Source of the DNA: Candidatus Eiseniibacteriota bacterium
Lineage (GTDB): Bacteria > Eisenbacteria > RBG-16-71-46
Direction of reading: 5' to 3'
NCBI GenBank assembly: GCA_963744995.1
Contig: CAVUWA010000002.1
Location: 928,001 to 992,000 of the forward strand
Length of the DNA stretch: 64,000 nt
This document shows, piece by piece, positions 49,384-64,000 of this stretch; position 1 is the stretch's first letter; each line of letters starts with the position of its first letter. Made by a program: the position numbers and the translations under genes. The notes below the pieces were generated by a model. The model was not told where the DNA came from. It saw only the letters and a program-made list of their open reading frames with translations, and searched no databases.

Positions 49384-50553
49384 ATGCGCGTGTTCCTGAT
49401 CGTTCTGGACGGCGTGGGAATGGGGGAGCTCCCGGACGCGGCCGACTACGGGGACGTGGGCAGTCACACGCTGCTGCACGTCGCCGAAGCCGCGAACGGG
49501 CTCCGGCTGCCGAACCTCGGGCGGCTCGGGCTCGGGCGGCTGCTCGATCTGCCGGGCGTCCCGCCGGTGGCCGATCCGCGCGGCGCCCGCGCGCGGCTCG
49601 CCGAGCGCGCCGCAGGGAAGGACAGCACCAGCGGCCACTGGGAGCTCGCCGGCGTGGTGCTCGACCGCCCGTTTCCGACCTATCCGCAGGGATTCCCGCT
49701 CGATCTGCTCGAAGCGTGGTGCGCGCGCACCGGCCGCGGCTGGCTCGGCAATGTGCCGGCGTCGGGCACCGACATCATCGCCCGGCACGGCGAGGAACAT
49801 CAGCGGACCGGCAAGTGGATCGTCTACACCTCGGCGGACAGCGTGTTCCAGGTCGCGGCGCACGTGGCGACGGTGCCGCTCGACGAGCTCTACGCCGCAT
49901 GCCGCACCGCGCGCGAGATGTTGCAGGGCGAGAACGGCGTAGGCCGGGTGATCGCCCGCCCGTTCGAGGGCGCGCCCGGCGCCTACGTGCGCCGCGGTGA
50001 CAGGCGCAAGGATTTCTCGCGTCTGCCGCCCGAGCCGACGCTGCTCGACCGCCTGAGCGAGGCCGGGCACGCGGTCGTGACCGTGGGCAAAGTGGACGAC
50101 CTGTTCGCCGGGCGCGGGGTCACCGACGCGATCCATACCCGCGACAACGCGGAAGGCGAAGACGTGCTCGCAGACCTCGCGCGGCGCCCGGGGGAGGGGC
50201 TCGTGTTCGCGAATCTCGTGGACTTCGATCAGCTCTACGGGCATCGCAACGACCCGGCCGGCTTCGCGCGCGCGCTCGAACAGTTCGATTCGCGTCTCGA
50301 GGAGATCCTGTCGCGCCTCAGACCCGACGAGATCTGCATGATCACGGCCGACCACGGCAACGATCCGACCACCGCGAGCACCGACCACGCCCGCGAGTAC
50401 ACGCCGCTGCTCGTCGCCGGGCCGCGCGTGAAGCCGGGTGTGGACCTCGGCACGCGTGAGACCTTCGCGGACGTCGGCGCCACGATCGCGGATCTGTTCG
50501 GGGTCGCCAGGCCCCGGCGCGGCACCAGCTTCCTGCGCGCGATCCGCAGCTGA
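49384..50553 (+). CDS. deoB: Phosphopentomutase
   Basis: IVLDGVGMGELPDA, GKDSTSGHWE, YTSADSVFQ, NLVDFDQLYGHRND, TADHGNDPT. Confidence 0.97.
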   Translation: MRVFLIVLDGVGMGELPDAADYGDVGSHTLLHVAEAANGLRLPNLGRLGLGRLLDLPGVPPVADPRGARARLAERAAGKDSTSGHWELAGVVLDRPFPTYPQGFPLDLLEAWCARTGRGWLGNVPASGTDIIARHGEEHQRTGKWIVYTSADSVFQVAAHVATVPLDELYAACRTAREMLQGENGVGRVIARPFEGAPGAYVRRGDRRKDFSRLPPEPTLLDRLSEAGHAVVTVGKVDDLFAGRGVTDAIHTRDNAEGEDVLADLARRPGEGLVFANLVDFDQLYGHRNDPAGFARALEQFDSRLEEILSRLRPDEICMITADHGNDPTTASTDHAREYTPLLVAGPRVKPGVDLGTRETFADVGATIADLFGVARPRRGTSFLRAIRS

Positions 50554-50586
50554 TCGAGCCGGGCCGGCGCGGACCGCCGCCGTGGG

Positions 50587-51711
50587 TCAACGTCGGCGCC
50601 GCGCGAACCGGCGTCCGGCGCCGCCGACCCAGCGCAGCACCGGCGATCGCCACAGCACGCTGCGCCACCACATCGCCCGCACCTCGCGCCGCAGGCCGGG
50701 GTCCAGCGCCTTCGCACGGGCGATCTCGTGGAGCATCGGCAGCCGCCAGCGTGAGCGGGCACGGGTCCGGACGAGATCCAGCAGGTCGACGGGCTCGAAC
50801 GTCTCGCAGGCCAGTCGCGCGCCCACCGTTTCGAGCGCAAGCATCGTCAGCATGCACTTCTCGCAGCGCGAACAGTTGTGCCGCGGGCCCCGCTCCAGCC
50901 AGCACACGCGCAGATGGCGGCGGACCAGCGGATCGGCCGCGATGGCCTGGACCTTCGCGAGGCGATCGATGTCGGGATCGGCGTGGACGAACTCGATGGT
51001 CGAGCTGCTCCACAACGGATCCGTGCGCCAGTTCGAGCCCCATGGATAGACGGTCCAGCGCGCCTGACTCGAGGCGATCGTGACGCGGGCGAGCACCCCC
51101 GACAGCACGTGGCCGGCTGCGGCGAGCGCGCCGCCGTGCGCGGCATCCCAGGGCGTGGCGGCGAAGAGGGGATGCTCGCGCAGGTTGGTGCGCAGGAAGA
51201 GCGTGCGCACCCCGCGCGCCTCGGCCACGGCATCGACGGTCTCACGCACCGCGCGCTGCCGCGCATGGTCGTCGGCGGCGACGTCGAATCCGTGGACGTT
51301 GACGAGCGTGTCGACGCGTTCCCCCGATCGAAGCAGCGCGTGGAAGGAGTCCACGCCGGCGGTGAAGAACAGCCCGTGCCCGCATCCCGCGGGGGCCATT
51401 CCGGAGCGTCCGTCCGGGTCGAAGACGAGGGCCTGCCGCCGGTACCCCCAGGCGCGGCGCGCGAGATGCGCCAGCCGCCGGACGTTGATCGCCCAGCGTT
51501 CATCCACCGCACCCTCGACCACCAGCGCCCTGCGGTGGTGGAGCGCCGGAATCACGAACGCCGACGCCCATCCCTCCGGCGCGGCCGCGAGCGGGATGCC
51601 GTCGTCCGGCGGATCGGCTTCGAACCAGACGGGGTGCCCGTCCACGAGCGCCTCGACGCGGCCGGGGCCGGATCTCTGCGGCGGGGCGATGCGGATGGGA
51701 GTGGCGAGCAT
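50587..51711 (-). CDS. Hypothetical PP-loop-like protein with C-terminal Cys cluster
   Basis: LFFTAGVDSF (SGGxDS-like), PWGSN, LRVCW...NCSRCEKC. Confidence 0.7.
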   Translation of the reverse strand: MLATPIRIAPPQRSGPGRVEALVDGHPVWFEADPPDDGIPLAAAPEGWASAFVIPALHHRRALVVEGAVDERWAINVRRLAHLARRAWGYRRQALVFDPDGRSGMAPAGCGHGLFFTAGVDSFHALLRSGERVDTLVNVHGFDVAADDHARQRAVRETVDAVAEARGVRTLFLRTNLREHPLFAATPWDAAHGGALAAAGHVLSGVLARVTIASSQARWTVYPWGSNWRTDPLWSSSTIEFVHADPDIDRLAKVQAIAADPLVRRHLRVCWLERGPRHNCSRCEKCMLTMLALETVGARLACETFEPVDLLDLVRTRARSRWRLPMLHEIARAKALDPGLRREVRAMWWRSVLWRSPVLRWVGGAGRRFARRRR

Positions 51712-51817
51712 GAACGGCCTCCTCGGCTTGTTCGCGAAACGGGCCGATGGTAGCGTCCAGCGCTCTTCCCCGCACGCGGGGCCGCCACGCGGCGCATCCG
51801 GTGACCATTGGAGACCG

Positions 51818-52225
51818 ATGTCGATGACCGCTCAGGAGCTCATGCGCGAAGCCGAGCAGGCCCGCCGCGCCTCCTACTCGCCCTACTCGCGCTTTCCGGT
51901 CGGAGCCGCGCTGCTGCTCGCCGACGGAACGGTCGTGCGCGGCGCCAACATCGAGAACGCCTCCTACGGGCTCTCGGTCTGCGCCGAGCGCAACGCCGTG
52001 TGGAAGGCCGTGGGCGAGGGCCGCCGCGACTTCGTCGCGATCGCCGTCACCGCGCGCGAGGGCCACGGCGCGCCGCCGTGCGGCTCGTGCCGGCAGGTGC
52101 TGCACGAGTTCGCACCGAACGCGTGGGTCTATTGGCGCGACGCGCGCGGGCGGATCGTGCGCCGCCGCCTGGCGGCGCTGCTGCCGAAGGCATTCGGACA
52201 TCGCGACATGAAGAAGAAGAAATGA
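51818..52225 (+). CDS. cdd: Cytidine deaminase (homotetrameric type)
   Basis: [30 protein letters not shown]. Confidence 0.96.
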   Translation: MSMTAQELMREAEQARRASYSPYSRFPVGAALLLADGTVVRGANIENASYGLSVCAERNAVWKAVGEGRRDFVAIAVTAREGHGAPPCGSCRQVLHEFAPNAWVYWRDARGRIVRRRLAALLPKAFGHRDMKKKK

Positions 52226-53172
52226 GCATCGAGCGCGAACAGCTGATCGACCTGATCACCCGCAAGGTGATGGAGGAGCTGGCGCGCGGCCCCGCCACGG
52301 CCCCCGCGCCGCCGCGATCCGACCTGCCGCCGGTGCCGATGCCGCGCCCGCCCGCGCCGCCGATGATGACCGATCACGACCCGGCGACGTGCGAACGCTG
52401 CCGGACCTTCGGCGTCTGCGCCGTACAGACACCCGAGGAGACGCGGCTGCTTGCGGCGGCCGGGGCGAATCGCGTGGTGTCGACGCTCGGCTACTGCCCG
52501 GCCTCCGACGGGCTCGGCTCGATCATCGACCACACGCTGCTCAAGCCCGAGGCGCGCCGCGAGGACGTCGAGACGCTGTGCCGCGAGGCGGCGCAGTTCT
52601 GCTTCGCGTCGGTCTGCGTGAATCCCAACTGGGTGCCGCTGTGCCGGGACATGCTGCGTGGCAGCGGGGTCAAGGTGTGCACGGTGGTCGGCTTCCCGCT
52701 CGGCGCGCACCTGCCGGACGTGAAGGCGTACGAGGCGCGGCGCGCCGTCGAACAGGGCGCCGAAGAAGTCGACATGGTGATCAACATCGGCGCCTTGAAG
52801 TCGAAGGACTACGCGCTGGTCGAGCAGGACATCCGCGGCGTCGTCGAAGCATCGGGCGCCCGCACGATCGTGAAGGTGATTCTCGAAACGTCGCTGCTCA
52901 CGCACGACGAGAAGATCATGGGCTGCACGCTCGCGAAGGCGGCCGGCGCGGACTACGTGAAGACGTCGACCGGGTTCTCCACCGGCGGGGCCACGGTCGA
53001 GGACGTGCGGCTGATGCGCGAGACGGTCGGCCCCGAAATCGGCGTCAAGGCCTCCGGCGGAATCCGCACCAAGGAGGACGCCGAAGCGATGATCCAGGCG
53101 GGCGCGACCCGTCTCGGCGCATCGGCCGGCGTGAAGATCGTCCGCGGTGAGACCGGCGATTCCAGGTACTGA
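52222..53172 (+). CDS. deoC: Deoxyribose-phosphate aldolase with an N-terminal extension of about 100 aa
   Basis: [50 protein letters not shown] overlap with cdd. Confidence 0.96.
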   Translation: MSIEREQLIDLITRKVMEELARGPATAPAPPRSDLPPVPMPRPPAPPMMTDHDPATCERCRTFGVCAVQTPEETRLLAAAGANRVVSTLGYCPASDGLGSIIDHTLLKPEARREDVETLCREAAQFCFASVCVNPNWVPLCRDMLRGSGVKVCTVVGFPLGAHLPDVKAYEARRAVEQGAEEVDMVINIGALKSKDYALVEQDIRGVVEASGARTIVKVILETSLLTHDEKIMGCTLAKAAGADYVKTSTGFSTGGATVEDVRLMRETVGPEIGVKASGGIRTKEDAEAMIQAGATRLGASAGVKIVRGETGDSRY

Positions 53173-53217
53173 GCCCGGGTGGTCGCGCCCCCTGGCCGCG
53201 CGCGGCCGGAGCGCGCG

Positions 53218-54543
53218 ATGAAGGCCGGCCACGTCCCGGTCGATCCGCGCGAGTTCATCCGCGTCAAACGCGATCGCGGCACCCACGCGCCTGAGGCCCT
53301 GCGCGCGTTCATCGACGCGTACGTGGGCGACGCGGTGCGCGACTATCAGGTGAGCGCCTGGCTGATGGCCGCGTTTCTCAACGGCCTCGACGATGCCGAA
53401 ACCGCCGCGCTCACGGCCGCTTTCATCGACTCCGGCCGCCGCTTCGACTGGACCCCGCTCGGTCGGCCCAGCGCGGACAAGCACTCGACCGGCGGGGTCG
53501 GCGACAAGATCTCGCTGATCCTTGCCCCGCTCGTCGCTGCATGCGGCGTGATGGTGCCGATGGTCTCGGGCCGCGGGCTCGGCCACACGGGGGGCACGCT
53601 CGACAAGCTCGAGTCGATCCCCGGCTTCCAGACCCGCCTCACCCCCGAAGGGATGCGCGACCAACTCGATCGGCTCGGCGTGGTGATGGTCGGGCAGGGG
53701 CCCGACCTCGCGCCCGCGGACGGACGGCTCTACGCGCTGCGCGACGTGACCTCGACCGTGGAGTTCGAGCCGTTCATCGTCTCGAGCATCGTGAGCAAGA
53801 AGATCGCCGAGGGCGCGCTGGGCCTCGTCTACGACGTCAAGGCCGGCAATGGTGCGTTCATGAAGACGCGCGAGAGCGCCGTGCGGCTGGCACGGCGGCT
53901 GGTGCAGACGACGCGCGGCTTCGACCGGCGTGCCACCGCGCTCGTGACCGACATGAACCAGCCGCTCGGCGAAGCGTGCGGCAACGCGCTCGAGATACGT
54001 GAGTCCGTGGCCGTGCTGTCGGGCGGGGGGCCGGGTGACGTGCGCGCGCTGACGCTGGACCTCGCGGCGGAGATGCTGTGCGTCGCGGGCGCGGAGCAGG
54101 AGCTGGCCGCGGCTCGTGCGCGCGCCGAGCGGGCGCTGGACGGCGGGGCGGCGCTCGAGCGCTTCGGCGAGCTGGTCGAGGCCCAGGGTGGCGAACGCGG
54201 CGCGATCGAGCGCCCCGATGGGCTGCCGGTGGCGCCGCGGCGCGACGAGGTGCACGCGGCACGGGCCGGCGTGATCGCCGCGATCGACACGTTCCGCCTC
54301 GGCGATCTGGTGGTCGACATCGGCGGTGGCCGCCGCTCGAAGGAAGACGACGTCGACCCGCGCGTGGGTCTGCTGGTGCGGCGCCGGATCGGCGATCGTG
54401 TCGAACCGGGCGACGTGCTCGCCGAACTCCACCTGGCGAACGTGGACGCGGCGGCCGTGGACCGCGCCGGGTCCTGCTTCACGATCGGCGACGCGGCGGA
54501 GCCGCCGGCGCTGATCGTCGAGCGCATCGGGGAAGTGGGCTGA
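53218..54543 (+). CDS. deoA: Thymidine/pyrimidine-nucleoside phosphorylase
   Basis: DKHSTGGVGDK, SGRGLGHTGGTLDKLESIPG, YALRDVT, SKKIAEG. Confidence 0.93.
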   Translation: MKAGHVPVDPREFIRVKRDRGTHAPEALRAFIDAYVGDAVRDYQVSAWLMAAFLNGLDDAETAALTAAFIDSGRRFDWTPLGRPSADKHSTGGVGDKISLILAPLVAACGVMVPMVSGRGLGHTGGTLDKLESIPGFQTRLTPEGMRDQLDRLGVVMVGQGPDLAPADGRLYALRDVTSTVEFEPFIVSSIVSKKIAEGALGLVYDVKAGNGAFMKTRESAVRLARRLVQTTRGFDRRATALVTDMNQPLGEACGNALEIRESVAVLSGGGPGDVRALTLDLAAEMLCVAGAEQELAAARARAERALDGGAALERFGELVEAQGGERGAIERPDGLPVAPRRDEVHAARAGVIAAIDTFRLGDLVVDIGGGRRSKEDDVDPRVGLLVRRRIGDRVEPGDVLAELHLANVDAAAVDRAGSCFTIGDAAEPPALIVERIGEVG

Positions 54544-54654
54544 CGGGGGAACACCGAACGGACCGGGCCTTCCCGCGCGCTGCGCACGCGGGCGCACCGT
54601 CGGACCGCAACGCGGCGCCCCCCGCATGGCCCGCCGCAGGCGCCGCCCGGAGGG

Positions 54655-56826
54655 TCAGCGATCGCCGATACGCTCCGGCATCTCGCGACGGGTGCGATCC
54701 AGCTCGAACAGGTCGTGCGGACGCGGCGGCGTGTCCCGCTGCGCGGCCGGCAGCGGGTCGAGTGGGCGTCCCGGATGGGCGATGCAGACCTCGGTGGGCT
54801 CGGTGCCCTCGCGAAAGTCCTCCGTCGTGAGATTCGGGCAGGCGTCGGTGGCGAGCATGCCGGTCTCGGCGCAGACACGCCGTTTCACCGTGCCGTACGG
54901 CTGCGCGAAATCCTCCTCCGGCGTGCCGCGCGTGGCGCCGATCATGAAGTCGGCCCAGATCGGGAGCGCGGCGTGCGCCCCCGTCATGCCGCCACCGATC
55001 TTCTGCTTGGCGTCGTATCCGACCCAGGTGCCGCACACCAGACTCGGCGTGAAGCCGACGAACAGGGCGTCGGTATAGTCGTTGGTGGTGCCGGTCTTGC
55101 CGCCCGCGGGGCGGGTGAAACCCGCCGCCCGCGCGCCGGCACCGGTACCGTAGTCCATGACGCTCTCGAGCATCGACGTCATCACCACCGCCGTCTCTTC
55201 GCTCAGCACTTCGGTCGGATGGGGAATGTTCTTCTCGAGCACGTTGCCGTTGCGATCCTCGACCTTGAGCACGTAGAGCGGATCGCTGCGGATCCCGCGG
55301 TTGGCGAACACGCCGTAGGCCGCGGTGAGATCCATCAGCGTGACCTCGCTGCTGCCGAGCGCGAGCGACAGGTTCTGGCCGATCTCCGAATGGATGCCCA
55401 TGCGCCGCGCGTAGCTCGCCACCAGTGACGTGCCGACCTTGCGCAGCAGCTTGATCGCCGGGATGTTGATGGACTTCTGCAGGGCATAGCGCAGCGTCAC
55501 GGGGCCGTGCCACTTGTTGTCGTAGTTGGTCGGCTCGTACATCTCGCCGTTGCCGGCGACGTAGGAGACCGGCTCGTCGACGATGATGTCGGTCGGCTGG
55601 AAGCCGTTGTCGATGGCCGCCGTGTAGACGAACGGCTTGAACGCGGAACCCGGCTGCCGCAGCGCCTGCACGGCGCGGTTGAAGTTGCTGTGCACCCAGT
55701 CGCGCCCGCCGATCAGCGCGCGCACGTAGCCGGTGCGCGGGTCGAGTGCGACGAGCGAGCCCTGCAGGTAGGTGGGAGGTGCGTCCTCGCCGGAGTCGGC
55801 GACGGCCGCCTCGTACGCAGCGCGGGTGTTCTTGGTCCTGAGTTCGGCCTCGAGATGCGTGAGCTGCTTCTCGAGCGCACGCTCGGCGATCTCCTGAAGG
55901 TCGATGTCGAGCGTCGTGTAGACCTTGAGACCGTCTTCATAGACCGCGTCCGAGCCGTATCGCTCGCTCAGGTAGAGCCGCACCATTTCGACGAAATAGG
56001 CCGCCTTGTTGTTGCTGTAGCGCACCGGCGTCACACCGAGCGGCGCCTCGACCGCCCGGTCGAATTCGACCTGGGAGATCGCCTTGGTTTCGAGCATGTT
56101 GCGCAGCACTTTCTCGCGGCGCAGCTTCGCGGCGGCCGGATGGCGGCGCGGGGAATAACGCGCCGGATTGTTCGAGATGCCCGCGATCAGCGCGCATTCC
56201 GGCAGCGTGAGCTCGGAGAGCGGCTTGCCGAAGAACGTCTTGGACGCCGCCTCGACGCCGTAGGCGCCTTCGCCGAAGTAGATCTGGTTGAAGTACATCT
56301 CGAGGATCTTGTCCTTCGAATAGGTGCGCTCGAGCTCGATGGCCAGTGCGGTTTCCTTGAGCTTGCGGCTCAGGGTCTTTTCGTAGCGGCGCAGGAAGTT
56401 GCGCGCCAGTTGCTGGGTGATGGTGCTGCCGCCCTCGGCACGGCGCATGTGCAGCAGATTCGTGAACGCGGCGCGTGCGATGCCGATCAGATCCACGCCC
56501 CAGTGCTGGTAAAAGGCGCGATCCTCGGTGGAGATGGTCGCGTTGATCAGATGGCGGGGGATCCTCGAGAGGGGAACGGGCGAGCGGTTCTCGCGGAAGA
56601 ACTCGTGCAGGACGCGCCCGCGGGCGTCGTAGACCACGGTCTTGACGGGGGAGCGCAGCTCGGATACCTGCTCGGGGCTCGGCAGGTCGCGGCCGGCCCA
56701 GCGGATGACGCCGAACACCGCGCCGGCCGTTCCGAAAACGACGACGACGACGGCCACGATGAACGGTTTCCAGGGAAACCGCCGGGCGGCCTTCACCGCC
56801 GGATGCTCTTCGGGCGTTTCGTTCAA
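54655..56826 (-). CDS. mrcA: Class A penicillin-binding protein 1A (transglycosylase/transpeptidase)
   Basis: N-terminal TM; EDRAFYQH, GGSTITQQL, RKLKE; transpeptidase motifs SAFK, SIN, KTG. Confidence 0.92.
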   Translation of the reverse strand: MNETPEEHPAVKAARRFPWKPFIVAVVVVVFGTAGAVFGVIRWAGRDLPSPEQVSELRSPVKTVVYDARGRVLHEFFRENRSPVPLSRIPRHLINATISTEDRAFYQHWGVDLIGIARAAFTNLLHMRRAEGGSTITQQLARNFLRRYEKTLSRKLKETALAIELERTYSKDKILEMYFNQIYFGEGAYGVEAASKTFFGKPLSELTLPECALIAGISNNPARYSPRRHPAAAKLRREKVLRNMLETKAISQVEFDRAVEAPLGVTPVRYSNNKAAYFVEMVRLYLSERYGSDAVYEDGLKVYTTLDIDLQEIAERALEKQLTHLEAELRTKNTRAAYEAAVADSGEDAPPTYLQGSLVALDPRTGYVRALIGGRDWVHSNFNRAVQALRQPGSAFKPFVYTAAIDNGFQPTDIIVDEPVSYVAGNGEMYEPTNYDNKWHGPVTLRYALQKSINIPAIKLLRKVGTSLVASYARRMGIHSEIGQNLSLALGSSEVTLMDLTAAYGVFANRGIRSDPLYVLKVEDRNGNVLEKNIPHPTEVLSEETAVVMTSMLESVMDYGTGAGARAAGFTRPAGGKTGTTNDYTDALFVGFTPSLVCGTWVGYDAKQKIGGGMTGAHAALPIWADFMIGATRGTPEEDFAQPYGTVKRRVCAETGMLATDACPNLTTEDFREGTEPTEVCIAHPGRPLDPLPAAQRDTPPRPHDLFELDRTRREMPERIGDR

Positions 56827-57179
56827 TTCATCCTCACGGCGAGGGAGACTAGGGGGCTCCGTGGAACGGGGTCAAGGCGCGCGGCCCCTTCACATTCCGG
56901 CCGACGCTCCGGTGCGCCGGGCCGGCTGGCGCGGAGACAGCGGGTGCCGCCCGCGGGCGCGCATCGCACGGCGGGCGTTCCTCCTGCACGCATCATCGGC
57001 CGCCGGCTCCGGGTTCTTCCCATTAGATACCCGCGCCTGCGCTCGATGAGTCCAGCCCCTGTAAAAGCATCGCGCGTGCGGGAGCGCAGCCATGCGTTCG
57101 GGCCATCTGGCGAGACGCTCCACGTGCGCCCGCGCGCCGCATTGAGGTTCGCGAGGCCAGTCCCTAGAATCGCGCGACC

Positions 57180-58445
57180 ATGAGCGCCGCTTCCCCCGCA
57201 TCCCTGTCTCCGAAGGATCAGTTCGAGATCCTCGCCCGCGACACGGAGGAAATCCTTCCCGACGGTGCACTGCTCGAGCGACTCGAGCAACGCGCCCGCG
57301 AGGGGCGTCCGCTGCGCGTCAAGCAGGGCTTCGATCCGACGTCACCGGACATTCACCTGGGCCACGCCGTGGGCCTGCGCAAGCTGCGCCAGTTCCAGGC
57401 GCTCGGCCATCAGGTCGTGGTGATCGTCGGCGACTACACGGGGATGGTCGGCGATCCAAGCGGCGCCAACAGGACCCGCCCGCGCCTCGACGAGACGCAG
57501 ATCGAAGCGAACGCGCGCACCTATTTCGACCAGTTCTACCGCGTGCTCGACCCGCATCCGCAGCCGCCGATCCTCCCGGTCGAAGTGCGACGGAACGGCG
57601 AGTGGTTCGCGAAGATGGCGTTCATGGACGTGATGAAACTGGCCTCCGAGTACACCGTGGCGCGCATGCTGGAGCGCGACGACTTCGCGAAGCGCTACGC
57701 CGCCCATCAGCCGATCAGCATCCATGAGCTGTTCTACCCGCTCATGCAGGGCTACGACTCGGTCGCGATCCGCGCCGACGTCGAAATCGGCGGCACGGAT
57801 CAGAAGTTCAACCTGCTGGTGGGCCGGTCGCTGCAGGAGCTGCACGGCCAGACACCGCAGGCGATTCTGACGATGCCGATCCTGGAAGGGCTCGACGGTG
57901 TGCAGAAGATGAGCAAGAGCCTCGGCAACTACATCGGTGTCACCGATGGGCCGGCCGACATGTTCGGGAAGGTGATGAGCATTCCGGACCGGCTGATGGG
58001 GACCTGGTGGCGGCTCGTTGCGGATCTGCCGCCGGAACAGATGCAGGTCGAACTCGCGACGATCGAGGCCGGCGCGGAGAATCCGATGCTCGGCAAGAAG
58101 CGCCTGGCGTCGCGGATCGTGAGCCTCTATCACGGCGTGGACGCCGCCGTACGGGCGCAGGCCGACTTCGAGACGCAGTTCAGCCGGCGCGAGGCGCCGG
58201 AACAGCTCGACACGTTCGGACGCGAGGACGTGCGCCGTGTCGCCGGCGACGGCCTCCAGCCGCGCATCGTGGAATTCGTCGTCGCGGCGGGGCTCGCAGC
58301 ATCCAAGGGCGCCGCGCGGCGGCTGGTCGAGCAGGGTGCGGTGAGTGTGGACGGGGAGCGTGCCGCTTCCACCGGGGCCGCACCTTCCACCGATGTGTCG
58401 TTCGTGCTGCGCGTCGGCCGGCGGATGAAGCGCTACGTGCCCTGA
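57180..58445 (+). CDS. tyrS: Tyrosine--tRNA ligase
   Basis: GFDPTSPDIHLGH, YPLMQGYD, GGTDQKFN, KMSKS, C-terminal S4 domain. Confidence 0.97.
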   Translation: MSAASPASLSPKDQFEILARDTEEILPDGALLERLEQRAREGRPLRVKQGFDPTSPDIHLGHAVGLRKLRQFQALGHQVVVIVGDYTGMVGDPSGANRTRPRLDETQIEANARTYFDQFYRVLDPHPQPPILPVEVRRNGEWFAKMAFMDVMKLASEYTVARMLERDDFAKRYAAHQPISIHELFYPLMQGYDSVAIRADVEIGGTDQKFNLLVGRSLQELHGQTPQAILTMPILEGLDGVQKMSKSLGNYIGVTDGPADMFGKVMSIPDRLMGTWWRLVADLPPEQMQVELATIEAGAENPMLGKKRLASRIVSLYHGVDAAVRAQADFETQFSRREAPEQLDTFGREDVRRVAGDGLQPRIVEFVVAAGLAASKGAARRLVEQGAVSVDGERAASTGAAPSTDVSFVLRVGRRMKRYVP

Positions 58446-58679
58446 GCGCCCGCGGGACCGCCGCACGGCCCGCGGGCCCGGGACGCGGCGGGATGCTTCC
58501 AAGACGTTCGTTCACAAACACTTGAAGCCATGGGCGAGGGTGTGACGCGGGCCCCGCAGGCGGCCCCGGCTGCGGGGCAACGGCCACCGGGAGCCCGCCC
58601 CTCGAGAGGCCCGCAGGGGCGCCCGGCCCGGCGCGTAAGGCACTGGAAGGTGGGCCGTTCCGGAAATCGCGATCCCCGC

Positions 58680-58781
58680 TTGACAGACTGCGGGGCCCGG
58701 CATACATTGCCCGCGCTGCAGGAATCAAAGCCCTCCGGAAAAAAGAGTCTCTTGACTTTCCTTCCAACCGAGGCGTAGATT
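58680..58781 (+). promoter_or_regulatory. Tandem rrn promoters P1 and P2
   Basis: TTGACA-N17-TACATT (58680-58708) and TTGACT-N18-TAGATT (58752-58781, with an upstream A-tract). Confidence 0.75.
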
Positions 58782-58789
58782 CCCCGTCC

Positions 58790-58836
58790 GCCTTTTCCGA
58801 CAGGAAAAGGCGCTGACGTCTCATGCTCTTTGAAAA
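58790..58836 (+). promoter_or_regulatory. rrn antitermination boxB hairpin and boxA
   Basis: Hairpin gccttttcc-gaca-ggaaaaggc, then TGCTCTTTGAAAA; a second boxA-like GATCTTTGACAA lies at 61111-61122. Confidence 0.75.
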
Positions 58837-58984
58837 CTGAATAGCGCACGTGACCCACGAGAGCTTGGCGAGGCTCCCGATTCGTGAGTGCTTCGGCATT
58901 TACGATCGGGTTCAACCTTGCAAGAAAACAGGACTCGCGAGGCCGGGACGCAAGTCTCCGGCTGAGCGAATCTCCGATATTTTC

Positions 58985-60545
<1,561 letters not shown>

Positions 60546-60821
60546 GGGAGACCTGATGTCGGGGTCCTTCGGACCGTCGGCATCGATCCCAGGTCATAGC
60601 CTCCCGGGCCCTCTGGGCCGTGCGCTATTCTTTCTCTCTTTTCTGGAGCTCGGGGCTGTCATGAGCCTGGTCGGTTCACCCCGGCCGGGCTCATCTCATG
60701 CCCCGAAGCCTCGCCTCGAGGCTCGGGTTCCAGACCCCAGGGCGAGGGACGGCAATTGGGGCGTTACCACCGTCTCAGCAGGCTCGATCTCTCAGCGACG
60801 CTGAATTTGGCTGTAGAGCGT

Positions 60822-60898
<77 letters not shown>

Positions 60899-60932
60899 AA
60901 GTTTCTGGGGCGCCGTACTGAGCCCGCGTTCC

Positions 60933-61008
60933 GGGGATATAGCTCAACTGGGAGAGCGCCGGCTTTGCAAGCCGGAGGTTGCGGGTTCGAGCCCCGCTAT
61001 CTCCACCA
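60933..61008 (+). tRNA. tRNA-Ala(TGC)
   Basis: GGGGATA/TATCTCC stem with G3:U70, anticodon loop TTTGCAA, CCA end. Confidence 0.98.
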
Positions 61009-61180
61009 GAATTCGAGAGAGGCCCCGCCGGCGAAGGCGGGGCACATATAGATCTTTCGCGAGCCCGCGGTCCGCCGCGCGCTCGCCCGCGACGCTCGCG
61101 CGTCGCGCCCGATCTTTGACAACCGAATACGAGACGCTGGGTAAGCCACAATTGTAAAGCACCTTAGTCAATATTTTTCC

Positions 61181-64000
<2,820 letters not shown>

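Noticed and set aside
21640..58502. Numerous long antisense or alternate-frame ORFs (e.g. 21640-24273, 35942-38722, 46344-49013, 52129-54627)
   Set aside because: These are shadow ORFs typical of high-GC DNA. They overlap well-supported genes and have Arg/Ala/Pro-rich, motif-free translations.

Overview
High-GC bacterial genomic window, probably a long-read or metagenome assembly of an FCB-related uncultured lineage (Latescibacteria/Eisenbacteria-like). The taxonomy is inferred from 16S signatures and abundant C-terminal FlgD-Ig/T9SS-like tails. 1-15 kb is an error-rich accessory stress-response island. It holds five ECF sigma factors (one ECF41/SigJ type, two with near-identical inverted cores), three zinc-binding anti-sigmas, two back-to-back pairs of ECF promoters, redox/hydrolase genes and a ~1.1-kb tract with strand-specific G>T corruption. 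15-58 kb is mostly clean. It contains a membrane-anchored ClpA/B-like ATPase fused to a release-factor-2-like domain that lacks GGQ (top finding), a murQ-SBP-anmK-SpoIID cluster, tRNA-Asp, a hyper-acidic 76-aa protein upstream of speB-rlmI-terB, mazG and alr. It also has a deoB/cdd/deoC/deoA cluster whose DeoC carries a microcompartment-like N-terminal extension, followed by PBP1A and tyrS. Nine secreted proteins across the window share one C-terminal sorting-like domain. 58.7-64 kb is an rRNA operon (16S, tRNA-Ile, tRNA-Ala, partial 23S). No CRISPR array, integrase, transposase or reverse transcriptase was recognised. All calls come from motif recognition by eye; no searches were run.
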